Positions 15,526 through 25,200 of a DNA stretch of 38,047 nucleotides are shown here, piece after piece. The notes beneath the pieces are model-generated. The model worked only from the letters and a program-made list of their open reading frames with translations. It was not told where the DNA came from and ran no database searches. Source of the DNA: a virus (Duplodnaviria > Caudoviricetes); IMG/VR virus record IMGVR_UViG_3300042251_000001, positions 1 to 38,047 of that record; one strand, written 5' to 3'. How positions within the stretch are numbered: the stretch's first letter is position 1; each line of letters opens with the position of its first letter. Both the position numbers and the translations under genes were made by a program.

Positions 15526-18246
15526 TTACGGCTTTAAGACAAGCGAAGGCAGCCAGCCGCCGGCGGTATACACAGACGAGGACGTGAGCGAACCCAAGAC
15601 AGAAAGACGACCAGGGCCACGAAGGACACGAGAGGAGGTGGAATCAGAACGTCTTTCAATAGCCCATTTAGCACGACCATCACCAGCAGCTATAACAAGA
15701 TCTGTATCAGTATAGCTTGCCCAATTATCCCCGATCTGACCGCCGCCATCATAAGTTAGTCCAGATGCGCTTGATGGAACATCCTGATGAACACGATAAA
15801 TGAGGTCGTTATATTCGGAGTTTCTACCAGATTCGTCAGCAGCAGGGAAACTTGTACTTCCGTCAACATCTCCGTTCTCAGCACCTTTCAAGAGCTTCAC
15901 TCGGAATGTATCTGTCCCGATTGTCACTTCACGATTCTGGACAACACTCGGAGCTGCGGTTCCTTTGCCAAACAATCCCATCGAAGATACACCATACACA
16001 GCGCCTCTGTCATATATATGATCCCAACTAACACTGTGACGAAGAGGTTTCATCGGGATATAGTGGATCTGTCCGTGCCAATAAAACTTTAACCAATCTG
16101 TTGTGTCATTGATTGCTGTACCAGATGTTAGGCCAATACTTGAGGCTAAAGCACTTCCTGATATGAATTCGGCTGAGGATACAGTGCCGAAATAACCCGT
16201 ATCGGTATGGAAATCGTATGTAAGCTGGGTTGGGCCTACGCCCAACACGGCGCTATTATATGGCTCATCGCCATCAGAGATCAGTTCTAAGACAGGCAGC
16301 CAGCCGCAAGCGGTATCCACAAACGAGGACGCGGGCGAATACAAGCCAGAAAGACGATCATTGCCACGATAGACACGACCGGAGGTATTGTTAGAAGCTG
16401 TCTCCTGTGTCCACTTAGCACGACCATTACCGGAAGCTATAACAAGATCTGCATCCGTGTAGCTTGCCCAATTCGCACCCACCTGTGGGCCACCATCGTG
16501 GGTGTCAGCACCACATGTCACAACAGTTTGGTGGATACGGTAGATGAGTTCATTGTATTCAGACCCACCGCCATAATTCTGAGCACAACTATTTGTAGCC
16601 GCAATGTTGGTTAGATCAATCGGGTCAGATGCAGCACCCGTCAACAGTCTCACTTTATATAACTTAGTGCCTATGCGAACTGTCCTATCACCGAACACAC
16701 CATCTCGACAGGCAATCGCATCCCAAGAAATAGAGTGAGCAAAAGGTTTCTTAGCTACATACAACACCTTACCGTGACTATAGAATTTAAGCCAACCCGC
16801 ATCTGATGCTGTATTCCCAGCAAACTGTAACACGCCTTGACCAAAGCCCATGTGTTCAAACAACCAACGCCCTGTCGGTAGAAACTCACGACCATCTACA
16901 GCCCATTGTGTTGGTGAGGTGTCTGGCTGATTTCCTGTGGTAGATGTCAGGGCAACATACTTAACAGCATTGTAAACAACACTCTGACCAGCAGTGTAAG
17001 CGATAGATGCTGACCAAGTTCCTCGATAGTCATAATTATCAACAAGGTCTGTAGCAGGAATTTCACCAAAGAAACCTGTATCAGTGGTGGAGTCAAAGTT
17101 ACCGGCAGTGTCCATTGCAGCGAATGTCAAGCCATCTACGTCAGAGTTGTCATCGAAGAACATAGCCTTTGTAGTGGCGACAACACTTACCCAAGCACCT
17201 ACTCCATATGTTGTGCCACGATGTCTGGCTCGGAATGTGTAGGTGGTGGATTCTTGCAAAACACCAGCATCCACTGTAACGGACAGCTTGTTAGCACTGT
17301 CGGCAAGGGATTCCCACACAACAACTAACTGATCGTTGAGTATCTGCCAATCTGTGTTTAGATGCGTATCTGACCCGCCTATAACAGAGAATGCAGATGT
17401 TTCCAGTAATGGTGATTCAGGTACATCTGTAGGAGATCCTTCAACGGAAAGTGTTGGTGTACCTACAGTGACATCGCCTGTACTAAACACACTCACACCA
17501 GACCAATTACTTTCAGCACCTCCAACAGCAACATCTTTACAACGCCATTTTAGCTGTGTGTTTAAAGGGAGGGTTGATGCTACAGTGTGGCTGTCTGTAT
17601 CGCCTTGGAATTCATATATTGGCGTAGAGAAGTCTCCATCGTCCACTTGGAACAGGCGGTAGTTACGTACATCCCCATAGATGTTACCATAAGCACTTGC
17701 CTCAAGTGTTGGCGTAGGAATCACTCCCACAGACCCGCTCTGAGGAGATATAATGACTGGTGTGCGAACAACTTGAATAGCAGCAAGTTCAGCCCAATTA
17801 GTTGCTGTATCAGATGGTGTTTCGCTAGATACGTTGGCTACATTATTTAGCAACACCCAATACTTACCGTTCCAATACACGCTGGCTGGAATGGACAGTG
17901 GGCCAGACAAGTCTTGCCATTCACCTTTGAAATTAGCTGCTGCTAAGGAAATCTGGCTGTATTGTTGTGAATCTCTAGCACTCTGTTCAGATGCCGCAGC
18001 AAAACCTTCAGCCTGGTCTCTTGATGAGATTGTGTCTGTCTTGATGGTATTCATATCAGAAACATTCTGTGCAGCAGTGGCTTCAATATCAGAAACAACA
18101 GTGTCTACATAAATACCAGCATTGTTAACTTGATTTGTCCAAGTAGCTAATGCAGCTACATGAGCATCAGCCTTTGTAACAAAATCCTCTGGAGAATCAT
18201 TACGTTGAGGTGCTGGTGGTAAGTTGTTTATCGGTGTATAAGCCAT
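15526..18246 (-). CDS. DGR target: tail fibre/receptor-binding protein with Ig/Fn3-like domains, CBM-like modules and two tandem CLec-like variable domains
   Basis: Contains VR1 and VR2; duplicated domain TDTG.FG...WLKFY.HG...KP..HS.SWD...SEYN.LIYR...NWASYTD.DLVIA...RV.RG...GWLP; located in tail module. Confidence 0.9.
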   Translation of the reverse strand: MAYTPINNLPPAPQRNDSPEDFVTKADAHVAALATWTNQVNNAGIYVDTVVSDIEATAAQNVSDMNTIKTDTISSRDQAEGFAAASEQSARDSQQYSQISLAAANFKGEWQDLSGPLSIPASVYWNGKYWVLLNNVANVSSETPSDTATNWAELAAIQVVRTPVIISPQSGSVGVIPTPTLEASAYGNIYGDVRNYRLFQVDDGDFSTPIYEFQGDTDSHTVASTLPLNTQLKWRCKDVAVGGAESNWSGVSVFSTGDVTVGTPTLSVEGSPTDVPESPLLETSAFSVIGGSDTHLNTDWQILNDQLVVVWESLADSANKLSVTVDAGVLQESTTYTFRARHRGTTYGVGAWVSVVATTKAMFFDDNSDVDGLTFAAMDTAGNFDSTTDTGFFGEIPATDLVDNYDYRGTWSASIAYTAGQSVVYNAVKYVALTSTTGNQPDTSPTQWAVDGREFLPTGRWLFEHMGFGQGVLQFAGNTASDAGWLKFYSHGKVLYVAKKPFAHSISWDAIACRDGVFGDRTVRIGTKLYKVRLLTGAASDPIDLTNIAATNSCAQNYGGGSEYNELIYRIHQTVVTCGADTHDGGPQVGANWASYTDADLVIASGNGRAKWTQETASNNTSGRVYRGNDRLSGLYSPASSFVDTACGWLPVLELISDGDEPYNSAVLGVGPTQLTYDFHTDTGYFGTVSSAEFISGSALASSIGLTSGTAINDTTDWLKFYWHGQIHYIPMKPLRHSVSWDHIYDRGAVYGVSSMGLFGKGTAAPSVVQNREVTIGTDTFRVKLLKGAENGDVDGSTSFPAADESGRNSEYNDLIYRVHQDVPSSASGLTYDGGGQIGDNWASYTDTDLVIAAGDGRAKWAIERRSDSTSSRVLRGPGRLSVLGSLTSSSVYTAGGWLPSLVLKP
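15548..15640 (-). repeat. DGR variable region VR1 (C-terminal)
   Basis: 19 mismatches to TR over 93 bp, all at TR adenines. Confidence 0.97.
16229..16246 (-). promoter_or_regulatory. Intragenic hairpin downstream of VR2
   Basis: Perfect 7-bp stem GTTGGGC-GTAG-GCCCAAC on the - strand. Confidence 0.55.
16295..16386 (-). repeat. DGR variable region VR2 (internal)
   Basis: 16 mismatches to TR over 92 bp, 15 at TR adenines, one C>T at 16309. Confidence 0.95.
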
Positions 18247-18259
18247 TTATAATCTCCTG

Positions 18260-19162
18260 TTAAAGTCCTTCTACAGTAAGCGAACATTCACTAATACTGA
18301 CATTTGAAAGAACTATGTCAAAATCTCTATAATATCCGTATATAATTGTTTCAGGGAAATCTACATTCCCGATCCAGACTATTGGTGTTGCTCTATATTG
18401 AGCCAATATCTTCTGAACAGACGCAACCCTAGGTGTGCTTATGGTAATATCATAATCAGCAGTCTTACTAAAGCGCCTTTGTACAATGGTAAAATTACCA
18501 AAAGGGTCAACTTCTTTTCTGGAGTAGTCTACAATACCAACACCAGTACCCCAGACAGTGTCGCCAATCTCAAACTGACTACCTAGTACACATAAGGCAC
18601 ATTTAGGAGCTGTGCCAGTGATTGTGATTGTTATGTCGGCTGTAGAGTATGGCGGAAGGTCTAGGAAGGCTACGTCTGATACATATTCAATTGGTTCAAA
18701 ATAATACATATACCAATCGTTTATACCTGACGCAGATACTAGATTGATTGTCTTGTTATACACCTCACCTTCAACATCATCTGTCACGGTGACATTCACA
18801 GTGGAGCCAGACAAACCAAATAGAACAAGGCTGTCTGTAACAGATGTTGTGTTTAATGTTACTACAATATCTGCATCAGCGGATTCTGTGTATGTAGATG
18901 TCTTACCATCAAACATCTTCCACCGATTAGTTGCACCGATGTCTAACCAATCTGGTGTATCTCCAGTGGAGTTGTCTGGTGGATATTTATTTGAGTTACT
19001 GGTTAATGCTTCATATATTTTATGCACTCCAACATCTGTTACGATCACCTTATCGCCAATGGAATATGTCGTTGTAGACAGCCATTCAGCGTAATCATTT
19101 TCAGGAATGTCTGAGGAAACTAAAACAGTGTCCGTAATCGTTACAGGACGTACAATCTTCAT
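18260..19162 (-). CDS. Minor tail protein with N-terminal CBM5/12-like module
   Basis: Follows tape measure; W.STTTYSIGDKV...IYEAL...W motif; start moved to ATG 19162 (GGAGGTG RBS). Confidence 0.75.
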   Translation of the reverse strand: MKIVRPVTITDTVLVSSDIPENDYAEWLSTTTYSIGDKVIVTDVGVHKIYEALTSNSNKYPPDNSTGDTPDWLDIGATNRWKMFDGKTSTYTESADADIVVTLNTTSVTDSLVLFGLSGSTVNVTVTDDVEGEVYNKTINLVSASGINDWYMYYFEPIEYVSDVAFLDLPPYSTADITITITGTAPKCALCVLGSQFEIGDTVWGTGVGIVDYSRKEVDPFGNFTIVQRRFSKTADYDITISTPRVASVQKILAQYRATPIVWIGNVDFPETIIYGYYRDFDIVLSNVSISECSLTVEGL

Positions 19163-19206
19163 TATCACCTCCTTAAAAGGGTAGCACATCCTTGTGCTAA
19201 ATTTTG

Positions 19207-22200
19207 TTAGACAACACGCTGTTCAGGCAAGCCATCGTAATCGAATTTCTCAAGAGTCTTAGCAGTCTTCTGAGTGTTCTTAGCGATAGCATAATTTGCT
19301 GAGCGCATATCTTCACGGAGTTGTTTAACCTCAGCCACTAGCTCGGACATATCAAACATATCAGATGAGTCAGAGTTACTGTAGATGCGACTTGGTGGTG
19401 TATACTCCAGCTCAGGGCCTTCTTCACCAACAATCCGCCAACCACCTGTGTGGAAACCACCGTTAGCAAAGCCTTCGATTTCTCCCCAGTTATTACCGTT
19501 AATCATTTGGTCTATGCGCCAATCAGGAACACCAGCTAGCCAATCGGTGTTAACTTGCTGACCAAACTGACCAGTCAATACTCCACCACTTTCGTTAGCT
19601 ATGTTAATTAGACGTTCTCTGTCTGACAGTGCAGGTTCTGTAGTGCCACCTCCTGTAGTGCCACCTCCTGTAGTACCACCTCCTGTAGTGCCACCTCCTG
19701 TAGTGCCACCAGAAGAACCTCCTCCAGAAGTACTTGCAGGCCCCATAGAATTGATAGCACCCCCCAGAGCGTCGAGAGCCTGACGAACAGACTCAAAACC
19801 GCCTTCGATTGTGTTATCAATACCCAACACTGCATTGTACATCTCCAGAGCCTGCTGATACGAACTGTCTAGCAACTCAATTTGCTCCGTATACCACGAG
19901 TCCAACTTAGCTAATTCATCGTTGTAATAATCTATGTCAGCCAAATAGGAGTCATGTAATTGCTCATACTGTGCGTCTAACTTAGCTAATTCATCGTTGT
20001 AATAATCTATGTCAGCCCAATAGGAGTCACGTAATTGCTTGAGCGTCTTCTCTTCTGTAGATAGCTGAGTCCCTGTCTCTTCTAGCAGATCACCTATGGT
20101 GTTTTTAGTGACGTAGAAATCCCTTGCGTAGTCCTCGAACGACCCAAACAGGTTTTCTGAAGGCTCGGATATATTCTGCAGATGTCTTTCCAGCTCATCA
20201 TTATCTAGCTCGCCACCGGACCTCACTGTGGTAATGGCGTTTCTTAGATACTCCTGTGAAGCGCTACGTCTAATTTGATCATTTTCAAAACTGTCTAAAC
20301 GTAGAGAGTCAAAGGTATCCTTGAGCAAACTTACAGTATCTCGTAATCCATCAAGCGCAGCATCTTGCTCATTAATAAGTGCCAGTTGCTCTTCTACGGC
20401 ACTGATATTCGCCTCGATAGCTTCACGCTCTTTTTCATACCGATCTGAAGCCAATGACATAGCTGTCTCAACAGCACTGATATTCGCTTCGATAGCTTCC
20501 CGCTCTTTTTCATACTGATCTGTAACCAGCGACCTAGTTCTCTCAACAGCATCTTCAACAGCGCTTAGGTAAGGATCAAGGTTTATTGCTTCCTCAACAT
20601 CAGATAGCTGCCTTAAGAACTCATCCATTGCAGGTGCAAGGCTGATTAGTTGCCAATATATACCTCTGGCAGACTCTGAGGACAAATCCAAGCCCTCAAC
20701 CAATTCAACAAACTCCTTCCTAGTGTTTGGTACAGCAAGACCCAGCTCATCGAACACAGCAGCTATATCTACTTCTTCGAGTTCAGCGGCACCGTTTAAT
20801 ATATCTGAGAACAGTTGCTGATACGAGTTAAACGCACTAAAAAACTCTTGGCTTGAACCAGCTAACGCTGTGAAATGGTCAGAGATTATAACAAGTTCTG
20901 CTGTTGTAGCATCAGCCGCTATATTGAACTTATCTATCTGCTCAATTATCCCCACCATAATCTCAGCTAAACTTTGTAGCCTACGTTGATCTTCTGCCTG
21001 TAGTGCGTAACTAGCAAAATTCATCTCCTCACCTAGAATACCAAGTAGTTCTTGCGGACTCCTACTTGAATATGCAAATCCTTTAACCCTTCCAAATTCG
21101 TTAGTAAACTCCTGTAAAAATGTTGCAAAGTTTTGGAAGGAGGTACCTGCAAGGTCTAGGTAATACTGTAGGTCGCCTCGGAACACAGTACCACCACTGC
21201 TTTTAGTACCACCACTGCTTTTAGTACCACCACTGCTTTCAACAGGTATCAGCTCAATAATAGGTTTTAGTATCTCTGGCCAGTCCGCTTCTTCAAGAGG
21301 TGCAGCTACGCCCGTATCCAAGAATGCTTGTCCTTCGGCAGAAGCTATGAGTTCGCGCACAACTTGAGTGAAGTCCTTTGTCCCGGATTCTAACTGCCCA
21401 AGATAGAACTCCCAACCACCGACATCTGGCATCCTGCCAAGTGCTGTAGCGTATGCCTCAACCAAACCCTTCTCTAATTCAGACAGTGGTGAATAAGAGA
21501 TGACCCGTTCATATTCAACACCGTCATTATTTATGGTGTCAGATACGGAACTTCCGGCCCTCCTTACTACATCTGCCGCTTCTGCAATAGCTGATGCAGC
21601 CTTGCTTATTGCGTCTGACGCCTCTTGGAAGGTTATAGTACCACGATTAATCTCTTCGAAGTATGCTGTAATTATCCTCTCATCTAAATCCACTCCAGCT
21701 ATATTCCTCAACTCATCCCTTTGTGCCTTTAATCCGTCAATATACTGCTTAACTTTAGGATTTAGTTTCAGCAGTGTAGCATACAACTTTTGATCAGATT
21801 CTTTAGTCAAGTCTAATCCTTCAACAAGTTCACGGAAACCTTCAGTTGTTGTCGGGAGTTCTAAACCAAGATCTTTGAATACGTTGGTTAGATTCTCGGA
21901 GAAGTGCCAAAACCTTTCACTCTCCGAATAGAAGTTCTGGTAATAACTACTTGCAGCAGCATCGAATTGTTCAAGACCTCCTGCAGCTTTTATGATATTG
22001 TCTGTAGCAACAAGTGCTCCCTGAGCTGTATTACCAAGAGATTGTCCGAACAAGTCTGTATAAGATTTTACAACAGAGTATTGTTGTACAAGTCTTGTTA
22101 GACCTTCTGACAGGGATTCACCACTGTCAAGGATAGGTTTAATAAACTCATCCGTCCAAGTATCAGCAAACTCTTTAGTCACTTCGGTTGAGTCACCAAC

Positions 22201-25200
22201 ATCTTCAAACAAACCTCTGACAAAGCTGAATTGTAGTTCAACACGCTTGATTGAGTCGATTAGCAGCTCGTTTTCGTCTGCGAGGTCCTTATAAACTGTT
22301 AAGTCAAGATCGGTTAATTCAGCGAATGCTTCAGTAATAGAGTTAATAAACTCCTCTGGGTCGCGTGTATTTGCCACTCCTATACTACCTTGATTAGCAT
22401 AGTAAGCAGAGCCAATTACCACGTTTTGCGGCTCAGTATCTGTTTCACCTGCTGTACCATACCAAAAAGCAAGTGGGTCTCTATTACCGACACCAACCAT
22501 CAATTGTCCCGACAATTCCTCACCTGACAACGAACTGATAGTACCTACAACGTCTCTGGCGATAGCACCAGCTAATAGTTCAGCAGCGTCCCTGTTTTCT
22601 TGACTGAATTTGTCGCCAGTCTGTCCGCCAATCATTACCTCATTTGTTAATAGGTCATAAGTTGCACGACCTTGTTTGTTAGATGGCTTGCTGTTGCCTA
22701 TCAATCCACCAAGAGTACTACCAAGGAAAGAGCCTGCAAGGGGGGCAAGTGGCCCCATAACAGGTGTAAGCAACGAACTACCTAATGCTGTTCCCGCAGC
22801 ACCTGTAATGGCGGAGTATTCTCCAGACAGTCCTAGTGCACCAGAAAGAACACCACCAAGCATACCACCACCAGCTACTTGCCAGTTGGCTAGATTCGCA
22901 GCATTAGCAGATGCACCGGATATATAGTTACCCGCGCCTGTACCAGCAAGAGGTGAGCTGCCACCAATCCATCCACCAACGTCGCTGATCATGGAACCCA
23001 TTGAGTTACCGCCGAACAGCGAGCCGATGTTGCTGACAACTCCAGATATACCACCAGATGTACCCTGTGTGTTATTACCCCCACCACCCAGCACAGACAT
23101 GCCTTGCTGAACCATTCCGGCTGTACCACCATTCACACCTAAGAACTGACCAACAATCGGAATAACAATCTGGTTACGAATAGCTTGTAGAGCAAGTTGT
23201 TTCAGTAAATCATCAAACCAATCCTTAAACTCTTCGCCACCTTCCATCGCAGCCTCAAATCCGTCCATAAAGGTGTCGGCTATGGTGTCGCGTAGGCGTT
23301 CTAGTTCTTGCATCCTCTGCTGGTTTGCACGGGATTCCTCTTCTTTAGCCTTAATAAGATCATATGTCTTACCAGCTTCATCTTCAAGAGTTCTGATGTA
23401 GTTTTCGTTTACATCCTTCCCTTCACGTTTAGCTAGATTATACAACTCCTGAGTAGATTGTAGGATATATAATTCACGCTCAGTTAGGTTCAGTGCGCGT
23501 TGTTCTTCCTTGAGTGATTTGAGTGCATCTTCAAACAAAGCAGTCTGTTCATCAAGTTGCTTGTTAGCCTTAATAGCGGCATCACGCACTTCTTTCAGAC
23601 GTTTGACTAGATCTTTGTAGAGAGGATCAGAAGAATCTAGTGTCTTGTTCAGAATCTTCATAGACTCTTCAAACTGAACATTGGCTGCGTATACGGGGTC
23701 TAGGGATTTGCGTAAGGATTCTAGCTCGGCTGCCCAGTCACGGGTGGATTTTGAACTTGTATCCAACCCCTTGACTAAAGAGCCAAATGCTTTGGCTTGT
23801 TCAATAATCAATTTCCACTGTTCTTCACCCAGAGCGATTTCGCGCTCTGTGGCAAGTGCAATGGCACCCATTATATACTCTTTCTGAGCAAGCTGTTCAG
23901 TGGAAAGTTTAGTCGCCTCAATCTCAGCATACATGCTTGACTTTAGAGCGACCAGTTGTGCATCAAAAGACTTATACTGACCAACAATACGTGCTAGATT
24001 CTCAGACTGTTCACCCATTTTTAGCACGAGCTCATCTGTCAGTGGGATACCTAATGATTGAACTTTATTCAACGCCTCCATCCAATACCTATTTTTAATA
24101 AGTTGCTCGGATGAGAACTGACCAGCCATTGCCTGCTTTCTCAGACCAGACTCTATGTTTTTAATTGCAGTCAGAGCCTCAGTCTGACCTTCTGCAAAGA
24201 TGTCAGATAAATTAGGGACATCAGACAGCACACCTTTGTAGAGTTTGAGTATCGCCTGATTTTTGTCAATAGCGGAAGTTAGAGAGTCAATCCTATCTTG
24301 TGTAGCTGTTATCTGATCCCTAGTATTTTCTAATTTACCTGAAGTAAATATCAACCAAGTCTCATTCTTGATGAAATCTTCTCTGTCTTTCAGTTTATCT
24401 AACTGTTCGATGTATCCAGCAAGATCTGAAGTCAGTTTGGCAACTTCCGTTTCAGCCTTGACAGCTGCATCATAGGCTTTCGCTTGTGTATACCCTCCTA
24501 TTGCCACAACAAGGTCTTGATAAGTGCGTTCCAGTTCTTTATTTTTTTCTAACTGGTCTTCTGTAGATTTTATTAGCAACTTTTGCTGTACGTCAGCCTT
24601 AACATACTCATTCACAACCAACCCTACACCAGCCGCCAGAGCCAACACGGTAGCTGCTGCCACCGATAGTACACTTATCAGCGCAAGTAGTCCAGTTGCT
24701 CCGGCAAAGGCTGCAACACCCGCTGCGGCACCTGTGACCTCTGCCTTCAAATCTCCCAATGTTTTAGCAAGGTTTGTAATCTCAGATGCAAGCGATTTTG
24801 TACCGCCGTAGGCTTTGTCTACCTCACCGAATGCTACAGTGAAGGCACCTTTTAGTGCAGTTAGACTCTGAGAAACAGTTCCAGTAGCGTTTGCAAACTG
24901 ATTATCTATTGCAGATGAGACATTGATTATACCCCGCAATAGGACTTCTGTACTGATCTGACCTTCTGTTGCTAAACGCTTTAAATTACCAATACTTGCA
25001 TTCAACTCAGGCTGAACGCTGTTCAAGGCATCTGCCATCAACTGTGCAACAGCAGGGGTCTGTTCAATAATACTGTTAAGTTCTTGTGCAGCAGCTTGGA
25101 AGTCGCCAGACAATGCTTGTGAGAACTGCAACAGCGCACCCTCAGCACCTTGTGCAGATGCACCAGACATTGCAACAGCTTTAGACACGGTTTCAGTAAT

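Noticed and set aside
19638-21239. Tandem repeats as a CRISPR array
   Set aside because: No spacers; units are in-frame multiples of three inside the tape measure gene.
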